DNA of 63,977 nt, counting the filler, from Hausera hauseri (taxonomy: Eukaryota), in assembly GCA_046269625.1 (NCBI GenBank). It is 12 parts of 12 records of this genome, joined end to end, with 100 filler letters (N's around TTAATTAATTAA, not from the genome) between each part and the next. Parts side by side here need not be neighbours in the genome. Positions count along the whole stretch, not along the records: positions 1 to 13,037 come from JBJURY010000014.1; 11 more parts are not named here. One strand, written 5' to 3'. This document shows, piece by piece, positions 1 to 12,125 of this stretch. Each line of letters begins with the position of its first letter. Position 1 is the stretch's first letter. Made by a program: the position numbers and the translations under genes. Below the pieces are notes generated by a model. That model was not told where the DNA came from. It searched no databases and saw only the letters and a program-made list of their open reading frames with translations.

Positions 1-273
1 TACAAAGGGTAGTTAGTAAAAGGTGAAGGTGAAAGAAAAGGTGGAGATGTAAACGATTGAGGATTTAGGAAAGACTCAGAAGTTGAGGAGGATTGAGGAA
101 AGTTATGAAGTGAAGCAGATTTAGAAGAATGCGTGCATCAAGAAAGTTGAAGGTGTGAAGGAGGCTGAGAATTTGGAAAATGTTAAAGAGCAGAATCGAA
201 AGAAGATTTGTCTTCAAGTGAAGGTCGTGTTTGGTTAGTTAAATTAAATGGAGGTGAAGTGGTAGCAAAGGAA

Positions 274-1300
274 TCAAGAAAAGTGCCAGTAGAGTTGGTG
301 TTGGTTTGTGTCTTCGGTAGATTCATCAACGAAGAAGACTGGTTTTAGATTTGTGATATTCACAGTTTGTTCTTTACCACTTTTAAGAATGGTAACTGTA
401 TGAGAGGATAAAGATAAATGTTTGAATGGTCTCACGTGTTGTGGTTGGAAACCACAAGGTGAATGATTGCGAAGCCAGACAAACTTAGTGGTATACAAAT
501 CATTTGATATATTTGATTTGTTATGATTTACTATTTTGCAAAATGAGTCTTTGTTTAGTGTAACAAAGTAATTTTGCGCATTCCGAATGAGCTCGTCTGT
601 TGGTGTATCATCCAGATCAGTTAACTCATAAACTGCTCGAATAGGTGTTCCAAACAGTGCTTTAGCTGGTGTACAACCCATGATGGTGGAGGGTGTGTTT
701 CGCCAGCCAAGCAGGACAAGAAGTAGGAGAGCTCTCCTGTTGCTGTGTGATTCAGTATGGAATTTAAGTGTGATGTTCATTGTGCCGTGAAATCTTTTAA
801 GTAAACCGTGCGCTTGAAGATTATATGGAGAAGTGTGTATATGTTTAATCCCCAAGCGATTGACTAAGGATTTAGAGAGATTTGATTCGAATTGTGGACC
901 TTGGTCCGTGATTATAAAGCGAGGGGAGCCAAATCTACTGATCCACGTTTTGACGAAGACCTCGGCAATAGTGTCAGTGTTGGTGGAACGTAATGGAATG
1001 GCTTCTGGCCATCGAGAAGAACGGTCCATCATGGTGAGTATGAATTGATGACCGTTGTATTGGCAAAGTGGGCCGACTAGGTCTAAATAAACGGATTCAA
1101 AATGCGACGTACAGGGGAAGTGATATAATGGTGGCTTCAGATGCTTGAGAGTTTTGAATTTTTGGCATGTCACGCATTCCTTAACCCACGCCTGTACGTC
1201 TGATCTCATAGACGGTCATATAACGCTACGTTGTAGAAGACGAAAAGTTGCTTTGGCACCCGGATAATGAAGAGAATGTACGGTATGAAATGCAGTTTTC
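274..1300 (-). pseudogene. Gypsy integrase (HHCC + DDE)
   Basis: H..H..CVTC zinc finger; YLDLVGPL; DRSSRWPEAIPL; ITDQGPQFES; TSPYNLQAHGLLKRFH. Confidence 0.92.
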
Positions 1301-1479
1301 TAAAAAGATGAAGACAAAATTAGTTTGTGATTACCGGGATTAAAAGTGTCATAGGTTATTCCGTCAATGATTCGGAGCCATTTAAAAGACTTAAGAATCT
1401 GCTCTGCTGGCACATTTTGCTGAAGCACTGCCTGTGAGAAAATGGGAGTGACTCCAATGATGTTAATCGATCTCAACAA

Positions 1480-1900
1480 AAATCGGCAACCAAATTGTCA
1501 CTGCCTGAAATATGTACCATTTTAAAATTGAATGTTGACAAGTACGATATGTGACGTTCTTGTCTAGGTTAAGAAGTTTTCATATCTATGATTCGAATGA
1601 GAGGTTTGTGGTCAGTTTGGATCGTGAAAGACCTGGCAATTAACAAGTGCGAGAAATGTTTTAGAGATATTACAATAGCTAGGAGCTCTCTGTCGAAAGT
1701 TGAGTAACGACTTCCTATTAATATAAGTTTCCGAGAATAAAATTCCAGAGATTCATTGACGCCATTAGAAATTTGATGCATTATTGCGCCAACTGCTGTG
1801 GTAGAGGCATCTGTGGTTAATATCATCTTTGAGTCAGGCTTGGGGTAGGCTAGAATTTCGACAATTCTTAAACCTTTACGTAAATGGTCAAACTGGTTGA
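1480..1900 (-). pseudogene. Gypsy RNase H
   Basis: LTTDASTTAVGA; YSTFDRELLAI; IQTDHKPL. Confidence 0.92.
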
Positions 1901-1979
1901 CAAGTTTGGGAGTCCAGTGAATTAATTGTTTCTACTTTCCAGACGATAAAAATACAAACGGTGCAGTTAATTCAGAGCA

Positions 1980-2700
1980 ATGTGGTACATATTTGTGAAC
2001 AAAGTAGAGTGTGCCAAGAAAAGAGAGCATTTAAGTTGTTGTTCGTGGCGGTTGGATGTTCTTAAGCTAAGTTGTGCGGTCTTGCTGAGGAGAGTAGCCA
2101 AATTTGGTGATGACATGACCAAGGAAACGGATCTTGTGTTGTAAAAAAGAACATTTCGCGAAATTTACTTCTAAATTATTATGGTGAAGGCGTTGAAAAA
2201 CTATGCGTAAGTGCTCAGAATGTTGTTTAGGAGATGAATAAGCTATGAGAATGTCATATATGTAAGGGAATGCAAAGTTTAGACCAGCGATAATTGTATC
2301 TATGTGCCTTTAAAATGTTTGAGAGGCACTGCGCAAACCAAATTGCATGAAGACAAATAAAAAGGCCGAAAGGTGTTGTCACAGCTGTTTTCGGTATATC
2401 AGCAGGTGAGACAGGAATCTGATAATAAGCTTTATGAAGATCGATGGATGAAAATATGGTGTTTCCATGGAGTCTGTGTAGGATATCATTGACGAGCGGT
2501 AATGGATATGCGTTCATTACCGTAATGGTGTTTAATAGGCGGTAATCGCCAAAGAGCCTCAAAGTACAGTCATTCTTGGGCTCTACGTGTAGAGGTGAGG
2601 CCCAAGGTGACTTTGATCTTCTTATAATTGCTGCCTTTTCTACTTTATTAAACTCCGATTCCACAGCTTTGCGTCTGCGTGGCGAAAGTGGCCTAACCTT
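1980..2700 (-). pseudogene. Gypsy reverse transcriptase (frameshifted)
   Basis: SPWASPLHV; DYRLLN; YPLP; IDLHKAYYQIPV; KTAVTTPFGLF. The YxDD region is degenerate (YI*HS / YDI). Confidence 0.92.
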
Positions 2701-3049
2701 CTATTTAATTGGTGTTCAGTGACGATGTGATGGTACGGCGTAGACGCAGGCTTGAAATTTGGGTCTTTCTTCAATGCTCTAGGACAAGAAGTTGTGATGT
2801 AGTCACGAGGAGCTGTAGCCAGTTGCATGAATGGGAAGGTGAGGTGAGAGGTTGTATCGGTGTTGGCAATTGTTTTTCTTGTTATTGTGTGAATGGAAAC
2901 GTCACAATCGGAGTTATCAACATTCAATTTATCTAGTTTAACAAAAGTTTTCCTTAATGTAGACTCCGGCGCTGCAGTCAACTGCTCGACAAGTGGTGCA
3001 TCGTTTTGTGATTTTGTATGATTAATTGTATTTTTGATCACACGATGAT

Positions 3050-3330
3050 GTCTCCAGTCGACAAGTAAATTTCAATGCGATAGAAAATCAGAACCTAAGA
3101 TGGAAGTTTTGATATCAGCAACAATAAACGTCCATTGAAAAAGTTCAAAGAAATATGCTAAGGTGAAGGAGAGTTCTGAGGTATTAGAAATGCATAAGGC
3201 TTTCCCGTTGGCAGTAAATAGCCTAACAGAGGTGGGAAGAATTTTTAAAGAAAGGAAAGATGAAGGTAGTAATGAAACGGCTGCACCTGAATCAATCAAG
3301 AATTTAGTATGTGTGGAGAAGATTTTAGTG
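3050..3330 (-). pseudogene. Retroviral-type aspartic protease
   Basis: FLIDSGAAVSLLP ... ILGSDFL. Confidence 0.9.
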
Positions 3331-3417
3331 CAGCGTCCAATAGAAAAACAGCATGAGTACGGCTATTGAGTGATGAAAGATGGCCTTTGCCAGAATTTTC
3401 CGTAGTTTCTGGAGGCT

Positions 3418-4452
3418 TTAGGCGTGTTTTTGAGTGGACGAAGAAGTTGGAGTGTTCTGGGTGTAAAACGTACACCCAGATAGGCAGCATTTTGCATTGT
3501 TTTTGAACTTACTGTGATAGATGCAGACTACATCACGTGATTGGAAATTCTGCGTATAGAATTTACAGCCTATATAGCATTTTTTGGCATTTCGATAGAA
3601 TTTGGTGTGATAATAACATACAGTCCGTCGCGAAGGTGACTGAGCACGCCTGGAGTTTACAGACGACTGTCTACTTCGATTTGCGCTAAATCGATTACGA
3701 CACAAAAGGGTCAAAGCATCGAGTCTGGTAGATATAGACGAAATAGCCTTATGTAACGCCGCATTTTCGGCTTGAAGATTTTGAATTTCATTAACTATGT
3801 TGTTTGCGTTGTTTGATGAGTTTGTTGATTGTGGATGTGCAACTATTGTTGTTGATTGCGTTGTTTGTAAAGCTGAAATCGTTGTATGTGCATTATTGGT
3901 ATGAAAAATTTCGTAACTTTTGTCCGCAAGTTGAGCTAGTTTGTCGAGCGATGCAGAATCCTCCACTACGGTGAGGAGTGAGTGGATTTGGATTTGTAAG
4001 GATGATAAGAAATAATGTTGGTGAAGATCCGAGTTATTTTGTAGGTTTACGCCTAGTGAATTTAGTTGTGAAAGTGAGGTTCGAAGGAATTCTGAAGGTT
4101 TTGCTGGCCAAAAGCATTTTCAATAAAGTTATGGAGTCTAGCGAAGGCTCAGTTGATGTAGTTACGGTATCCAATAAAGATTTGTAGCAGTCGGGGTGAT
4201 TGAAAATGTCAGATAGATTAGTAATGAAGGATTTTATGTTAGACGGCAGATGAATAAGCAAACTGTTGGCTTTTTGAAAGGAAGCAGTGATTTTATGTGA
4301 GGCTAGCCACTTTGCGTGGAAGTCTAGCCATGTACTGGAATTCTGACTATCGGGGAAGAAGTCAACGCACTGAAAGTGTGAAAAAGAGGAGGGGGTTGCG
4401 ACACAAAGGTTATATTAGGCGACTTCTTAATCTCCTCAGATTTGAGGTCAGG
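3418..4452 (-). pseudogene. Gag (frameshifted) with two tandem CHCC knuckles
   Basis: LDKLAQLADK; coiled coil; RS-rich linker; CYYHTKFYRNAKKCYIGC and CIYHSKFKNNAKCCLSGC. Confidence 0.85.
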
Positions 4453-4680
4453 GCCACCATGAAGTTTAGGCTGAAGAGTGATATAAATGGATGAAGAGGG
4501 ATGCAAAAGGAAGCTGTACAGACGATCATGTGGATGGATGATGAAGCCACTGAAAAACAAAACAAAGTCAGACGTCGCTGGCGTGTAAGATTGAAGTACG
4601 TAGCTCTTTTCCTAAAGTATTGTGATTTGCGGTATGCGTGTGGATGTATGTTGTATTTAAAAATGAAAATGGAAAAAGTT
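4453..4680 (-). pseudogene. Ubiquitin-like domain N-terminal to gag (copy A)
   Basis: SDFVLFFSGFIIHPHDRLYSFLLHPSSSIYITLQPKLHGG|P. Same pattern in copies B and C. One frameshift near 4610. Confidence 0.62.
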
Positions 4681-4812
4681 GGCTAGCTGGAGCCAGGAGC
4701 GTGACGTGATAACCCCGCGCTGCGTGCCACGCGACCCACAGCCCCGTGACAAACGACCGAGCGCGCGACCCCGCAAAGATGGCACAAAGATGCCGAGCAG
4801 CAAAAATCCGCA

Positions 4813-7180
4813 TCAGAGTTCGGCCGTTGATACGAAAACCGGTTTGGAGTTGACGTTGTTTGCAAAGATATCCGATTGTCGGTTAAGTTCGACTGCTGTA
4901 ATTGTAGCATCGAATTTATGGCATATTTGTCGAATATAATATTTGACATACGCAATTTGACATTTATGTGTTAAACTTTTTATGGGGATAGTTTCGTAGT
5001 CATGTTTCCAAGGTTCTGGTTTCTGAGTTGTTGATAGTATTCCAAGCAATATTGTCACAAATATGTAGTAGTTTCATTATTCGTTTAGTATTATCGTGAT
5101 CCGGCGGACATTTCGTGTTGAGAGTTATTGTTTCAAAACTTGAGACATAGCACTGCAGAAAGGTGGCAGTAATTTGTTTGGCTCACTTCTCGCAACTTGG
5201 AGGTTAAAAATGAGATGTGAACAGACGGGTAATCGAGTGTCCGAACAACTTTCTGATGGTGATATAGGTTTGTTTGCAACTATATTTTTTATTATTGCAA
5301 TATGAATCAGATTTAATTCTTCAATAGCATTGAGTATCAGTCGACAGTTTTGAATTATAGTCGCACATATTGATATGAAGGTGTTTAACACAGCCATGGT
5401 TCTGTTGAAACAGTTTCCCATGTTCGTGGAGAACCGTATGGTTCGGTTTAATGCAAAGGATTTAACAACAGTGTTTAGACTTTTTAGCTAATCTAATTGA
5501 GGATCGAATGAGATCTTGTAAGGCGTTTAGTAAATTAATGCGGCTAGAGGCAAGAAAGATATCGAAATTGTCAGATTTTTAAATGAAATTTCGGGAAAGA
5601 GTTCGACATCTGTAGTTATATGCTTGGGCGTTTCGTCAAATAGCTTTGGTTCCGGATTACGTGTTGTTAGAATGATCCTGACAATAGTGACATTGTTGTT
5701 GGAGTTAGATGATAAGGGATTTTGCAATATGCCCATACTATGACTGTGTTTGTCGACGTTTTTCAGTTGATCCAGTATTCTGTATTAACCACGTTTGCTT
5801 CTATCTTTTCAGGTTTATTGTGAACAAATTTCAATCGTTCAATAACATCATTGCATAAGTGAGTTTTCATGTTACATTCATTAAGCATTCTTATGGCTTC
5901 GTCGGTTCCGTATTGAAGTTCACTGGCTCGATTTTGTAAGTTTAACACGGTTGCGTTGAGTTTCGAGTCGATATCCAATGCTGATCTGATTAAGTTTATG
6001 GAATTTTTGCCCAAGGATTTCATGCAATTCTGTAAATTTCTCTCTTTTATGATATATGGTAATTCTTTACAAACAAAACCACTAAAGCTCTGAACGTTCC
6101 TAAATAGCCAATTCGAAAATTCCTACATGATATTTATCAGGGCCTGATGAGATCCGATTCTAAATTCCTAGTCGATATGAATACTTAGACGGGAAAGTAG
6201 AACAATAATCTCAGATTTATTCATTTCTAAAAAGGGTAAGCTTAAAATGGCAGATATGCACGTTTTTAGAAAATCTGTTTTTAACTTTCTATCGGTAATT
6301 ATGATTCAATCCAATCTTTTGTTGACATTTTCTTGTTTCGTCAATGATATAGTACATATGACTCGTTCCAACAGTTTTAATATAGTATTGAAAGCTTTTT
6401 GAATGGGTTTAATATTACTACCCATTGGGGTTGCGTTTGTGTCATTTAGTGTCATGAATCCGTAGCTTGATTTTGGTTTTGTGAAAAATTGACACTTTTT
6501 ATTTGTTTGTTAATTCAGGTAGCTTGTCAAGGCTTTGCTTTGATTCGACCGTGTAACTGGATTACTTTGTGATGAGCGATAGTGTGAGGGTAGCACCTGT
6601 GGGAATTCAAACAACTGGGAAAAGGCACTCATTGATGAATCTGTTGCGTCGGAATTGGACTTTTGTTGCATGAATGGTTCACTTTGATTTTGCAGTAGGC
6701 TTAAGACGATTAGTGAAAGCGCACAAAATCCTCTCTTTATGCGCTTGGCATAAATGCTTGTAATACCATGATTAATGCCAATTAAATCGATTATTACGTC
6801 TGTGGCAAAATCTAACTTTTCTTGAGAAATAAAGTGCGTTAATTTGACTAGAATATTAGTGAAAATATCTCGAGTAACGAAAGTTTTTTGACCTTTGAGA
6901 AAAGTACTAATAACGATATTGTATAACTTACTCTGAGTGTCTGCATGTTTTCCGCCATTGATCCTAAAGTATATAACCAGAGTAACCAGAATGATGATTC
7001 CAGCAATACTCGTGCACTGTTAAGATCCATCCTTTTTAATCGATTTAAACTGGTTAGTGTGTTTGACTTTTTATTATTGATTTCCACAAAGTATTTTGTC
7101 ACGTCTGTCAGAAAATTGAAACAGTCGACAAAGTCTTCGATCGGATACATTTCTATTAGAAAAATTATACTTCCTTTTTG
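4813..7180 (-). pseudogene. Long fragmented unknown ORF upstream of Ubl-gag (helical/coiled-coil, possible accessory or env-like)
   Basis: A chain of same-strand ORF fragments (4813-5058, 5125-5421, 5527-5736, 5763-6023, 6848-7150) with near-open reading between them. No family recognised. Confidence 0.45.
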
Positions 7181-7474
7181 ATAGACATTTCTTTGTCTTT
7201 CAGCTGACCATTAAACACTAAAACGAAAGGCAAAAGAAATTGTACCAACGATTTAAATTCAATGCCTCTTGCAAATTGTAAAAGTTAATTGCACACCCTC
7301 ATTATGTTGTAACAAAAATTTTTTTACGTTTATAATGACAGAAAACCACTTAAAATATTTAAATACGAACGAAATTTCAGAAACGCAACCACATGAACTA
7401 TGATAGAGAATTATTATAAAAGATTTATTAATGATAGGGTGTTACACCATACAATAAGTCAAACTTACTGACCT

Positions 7475-7855
7475 CTAATCTGCGTTGTGGCGACGGTATG
7501 CGCAGCCCACCCAAACTTTGATGTAATCGAAGGTGGCAGGATGAACCGAACCTTGCATCATTGAAACAGTGGAGTCTGGTGTTGTAGATAAATGAGAGCC
7601 GTTCTGGATAATAATGTGAACAACATCTGATCTGGCACCATTTGTTGTTCTTATATGTATTTCGTTGATCCATTTTTCCTTGACTAATTTAATCATGAAT
7701 AAAAGCAAATCCCGACATGACTTTTTGTGGTGCTTAAACCTACTCCCGTTGAACACGGTTTTTTGCCCCAAAAATGTGATCGATTGACATGAAGAGGGAT
7801 TTTTGTATAATAATTGAACAGACCGTAGACCTGAACATAGATCATATAAATTCAA
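7475..7855 (-). CDS. Hypothetical protein (126 aa)
   Basis: ORF only, same strand as the element; no motif recognised. Confidence 0.3.
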   Translation of the reverse strand: MNLYDLCSGLRSVQLLYKNPSSCQSITFLGQKTVFNGSRFKHHKKSCRDLLLFMIKLVKEKWINEIHIRTTNGARSDVVHIIIQNGSHLSTTPDSTVSMMQGSVHPATFDYIKVWVGCAYRRHNAD

Positions 7856-8587
7856 AAAGAAATCAAGGGTTGAAAATATATATTGTTTCTTTTAAAGGAT
7901 GGCAGTAACCCCTGATCAAAAATCAAAATTTTTCAATTTATTCCGTTATTATTTTGGTCCGACAAAACAAACAATGTCCCACAAATGCCGGACAAACCTG
8001 ACAACTGTATGGCAACCCCCATTTTTTCAGCTCCATTTATTTTGCAATTTATGTTAAATTATAGGACTTAAACGGTTTTTTCCAATAAATGTTGATAAAA
8101 AGAAAGCGAGTCAACAATTATTAGGAAACCCAACGACAACAAAATTATTTTAGCACAAGACTGAATTAATTAAAATCCACTGGCTATGTAATTCATCATT
8201 TGTGCGACGACAAAAACTAATTTCATTCAAAATTGACTTTATCCACAATTTGAGCCAATCAAACATTTGTTATCCGTTTGGTTTAGACAACACCGGATGT
8301 AATTGATTTAGATATTTCGAACATGATTCCACCGCAGTGCTGTTCAGCTTAGGGACAAATAATTAGTCGACGATGATTTTGTACTCCACTATTATTACTG
8401 TTATTCTGGAATTCAACATTAGGCGCCAATATCTTAAATTTGTATAGCTGAGGTATGCTTAGTCACTGTCAACAAATAACTCTGAAAGTCTGCCTAGTTA
8501 GATTACTTATATTAGTCAAATTTTTATTGATACTGAAATTTTGACCCTGTTCGACCCTGTGGACATTTCCAAACCGAACTGCTTGAT

Positions 8588-8739
8588 TGTAGTGGAGCAG
8601 TGGAGTAATAGCGATCACGGCAAAAGCCTTCGACGGAGGAATCAAAAACCCGGCCAGCGACACCACCGATGTGAAGCAACGCACCTGGCCGTGCCTAGTC
8701 AAAATGGGCCGCGCGGCAGCACAGCACGTGGGCACCACA
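8588..8739. repeat. 152-bp GC-rich LTR-like segment
   Basis: Starts TGTAGTG and ends CACCACA (7-bp imperfect inverted termini). Begins exactly where the copy B RT homology stops (PLPLIKDI|). Confidence 0.45.
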
Positions 8740-11225
8740 ATATCCTTAATCAAAGGTAGAGGATAAGCATCCATGGTAGTGACGTTATTAATTTGGCGAT
8801 AATCGTCGCATGGATGGAATGTGCCATCTTTTTTGGTACGACGTGGAGTGGTGATGCCCATGGTAATTTTGAGCGTTTTATTATGTCAGCTTGCTCGAGT
8901 GCAGAGAATTCCGCTTCGACTGCCTTTCGACGGCGTGGCGAAAGAGGTGGAGTTTTTGCCTAATGAGCTTAGGATTTTCTGTAATTGTGATGGAACGTTG
9001 TTTCAGCCAATCGAAATGCTGGGTCTTTTTTATTATATGAAAACAAGACTTGGTTAAACATTGTTGCAATTCTTGACTAAGCGTAGTAAAGGCTGTTGTT
9101 GTTATTGCGGTGGACTGATTGGTTTTAATGCGTGAAATGCTAGAAATTGAGTGGCCAAAATCGTTCCTATCAACGTTTTTTGTTCCTATATTATCGGACT
9201 TCAACAAAAACGTTTGATTATTCATAAAGGTATTAATAAGGTTTTTATTTACGTTGGCTGATAGTTTCTTTGATATCGATTTTATAGGCAAGATAGGCTG
9301 CGTGACTGGTGGATTATTTGTAGAAGTTGGCTTTGTTGAACTGCTTTTAATGATCCGACGTTGTCTACAATATACAAGGAGGTTGCAGAAAGATAGGAAA
9401 TCAGAACCAGGTATTGGGGATTGTGTGTCGGCGACGATGAAAGTCCAATTGAAAATGTCGGAGAATGTGGTAATATGAATGAAACCTTGGTCGTGCCGAA
9501 TACACATAAAGCTTGGCCGTTAGCTGTTTACAGTTTAGTGGAATTCGGTGAGGTAATTGATATTTTGGTGGACATAGGTAGAAGGGACACTGCTGCTCCA
9601 GAATCTATTAGAAAATTGATTGACTGATTAGGCTTGGTGGAAATGAAGGGATTTAATGTAAGGAAAGCATTCGTGCTGTTCGTCTTTGACGAGGGTAGTA
9701 GCCTTTGCCAGAATGCGCCGGAACATGTGGCGGCTTTGTCACTTTCTTGGATAAAAATATTTGGAGAATCGAAAGAATTACAAAGGAATTTGTTAGATCG
9801 ATTTGAAAACGGGCAACCGTTGACGCAGTTTCGGGCTTTATTGCTGAACCTATTGTAGTAGATACAAACAATATCAGACTTTTGAAAAGCGAGTGTAAAG
9901 AATTTGCAACCCAAGTAACATTTGTTAGATTGGTTTTTGAATTTAGTGTGATAATAGCACACCATAGGTCGAGTAGGGGACCTAGCGGATCTCGAATTGT
10001 GTGATAAAGCACGGCTACGATTAGTTGTGAATCGATCTCGTCGCGGCATGGATAGATTGCCTAATTTAGAAGTTAAAGCAAAAATGGCTCGGTGTATTGC
10101 AGTGTTTTTAGCGAGGAGAGCTTTTATTATTTAACGCTAAGATTTCTGCATTAGGTTGTGTCATAGACGGTTGTAATGTGGCTGCAACAATTGGAGTATT
10201 ATGCGTATGTAATATTTTGTACCTTTTATCAGCCATCTGTAATAGCTTTTCTAGCGTAGCGTTATCTTCAACGACGGTTAGTAAGGCGCGTATTTCTTTC
10301 GGCAACTATTGAAGGAAATATCTACGCAGTAAATCGGCATTATTTGTCTGATTCACTTCTAACTTGTTTAATTGAGTTAAAGCTGTTTGCAAAAATTCAG
10401 ATGGTTTTTGATTTTCTATTGAATGGTCGTCGAAATATTTTTGGATAATGTTATCCAGAGAGGTCTCGATGAGTTTTGAAACGGCATTAAGGAGTATTTC
10501 GTATGGGTCTGCGGTTTGCAAAATTTCGGAAAGGTTTGAAAGTAGTGACGTAAGACTGGGTGGTAAAAGGATTAATGGGCTATTTGCCTTAAAGAAAGGG
10601 TCGGTGATTTTATTTGATCTTAGCTATTGTGCATGGAATTCCAGCCATGTGCGACTGGAATGTTGTTTGGCAGTAAAATAGTCAACGCGGGGGAAATTGA
10701 CTAACGAGGATGCTGCAGGTAGAACTAAAGGAGACTTTTTGAGAAGAATGTGTATGGTGGGAATATCGGAGAGTTCCTGCTGCTTAGTGATAGTTTGGTG
10801 TCGGAACCACCGAATAGGCGAGGGCATAAAGTAATTATTAGCGATGAAGGCGGGGATAAAAAGGATGATACTAGATCAGAATAATGTAGATGGTATCCAT
10901 TTATGCTTAGTATAAAGTCTTTTAAGTTAATTCGATGAGTTAGCTCACTAGACAAACCTGCAACTGTTGCCTTAGTGTGTGTAATGCGTGTAGATGTGTC
11001 GATTTTGAAGTAAAAGGAGAATAGAGAAAAATGTGTCCTGTTAGGGGTATAGGGTATTACTGGGGCCGCAGTCGCGCCAAAACCACAGGTGCGATGAGAT
11101 TTTGGTTGTACGAACGGTGTATCAAACGTCAGAAAAAACGTCCTGCGATTCCAGCTCGGTTGATGTCTAATGTTATCGAGTACTTTATTGTATCTCAAGC
11201 ATTCACGATTCAGAAAGAATTTCAT
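8740..11225 (-). mobile_element. Gypsy copy B (Ubl-gag-PR-5' RT), truncated inside RT
   Basis: TLCPRLFGG; gag ENQKPSEFL and LEKLLQMADK; two CHCC-type knuckles; FLIDSGAAVSLLP; DYRQINNVTTMDAYPLP. Confidence 0.9.
10806..11030 (-). pseudogene. Ubiquitin-like domain N-terminal to gag (copy B)
   Basis: KATVAGLSSELTHRINLKDFILSINGYHLHYSDLVSSFLSPPSSLIITLCPRLFGG|S. Confidence 0.68.
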
Positions 11226-11255
11226 TCCAGTGTGTTACATTTGTCCTTGACGTGC

Positions 11256-11699
11256 TTAAATTACAGGTTGTATGAGGAATTTCACTGTCACATTATTTTT
11301 AAGGACAATTTGTAAAAAACATAATGTATCGGTTTTCTCGCATGTTTCATTATTTACTATAGAGATATGATTTGTTGTATCGTCTTCGATAATTCCGGGA
11401 TATTTCGGTTGTATTTTAACAATTAGATAAATCAACTCACTAGTGTAATCCGGTTCCGATTCCAATATTGTCATAGTCGCGAAATTGTCACATATTTCTG
11501 GTTTACTGAATGCTTGCTTTGGGATTTTATCCGAATTACCTTTCTGGAATTCTTCGATTGGACACGATCTGCCAGAAATTGCCGAACGTAAAAAGAATAG
11601 CTCTGGTATTTTTGCTTTAAACCACAAATCATTGGTTTTCAAATCATGTGTCGAAGACTTCTGTAAAGTCAGAGTTTTATACTTTATTGGAGATTTCAA
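11256..11699 (-). CDS. Hypothetical ORF upstream of copy B Ubl-gag (probably a fragment)
   Basis: 147-aa ORF on the element strand; no motif. Confidence 0.35.
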   Translation of the reverse strand: MKSPIKYKTLTLQKSSTHDLKTNDLWFKAKIPELFFLRSAISGRSCPIEEFQKGNSDKIPKQAFSKPEICDNFATMTILESEPDYTSELIYLIVKIQPKYPGIIEDDTTNHISIVNNETCEKTDTLCFLQIVLKNNVTVKFLIQPVI

Positions 11700-12125
11700 A
11701 ACAGAGGGTAAACGTGATGAAGCAGATGATTTCTGACTATCAGGAGTCTTTTCAATGTTATTTGAAAATTTTCTTTCACCAAGTTTTCATTCATCTTCCC
11801 ATTTTTGCAGTTCATTTCGATATTTCACAACTCGGCTTCATCGAAAACTTCACAAATTAAATTCATATCAAAAAACCCCGATACATTCCTCGTTTGAAAA
11901 ATGACTTGGCATGTCGTTGATTCTTTGACTAAAAATCGACCATTTTAAGGATGGATGAAGATAAAGTCTGCATCATCGAAATTTGTAACGTTCCAACAAA
12001 ATGTTACGTTTCAATCGTTGGTCAGGTTATTGAGAAAGACGACTCGTCGAATTGTTGAGAATATGAGAACGTCTGTTACTCGAAATGTGGGAAATACTCC
12101 AGCCATTTGAACCTGGATTAAGTTA

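Larger units (their letters stand above)
274..4680 (-). mobile_element. Degenerate Ty3/Gypsy LTR retrotransposon internal region, copy A (Ubl-gag-PR-RT-RH-IN), CsRn1-like
   Basis: Domain order gag, PR (IDSGA), RT, RNase H, integrase on the minus strand is Gypsy-type. Gag has C-x2-H-x9-C-x3-C knuckles. Many stops and frameshifts. Confidence 0.93.
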
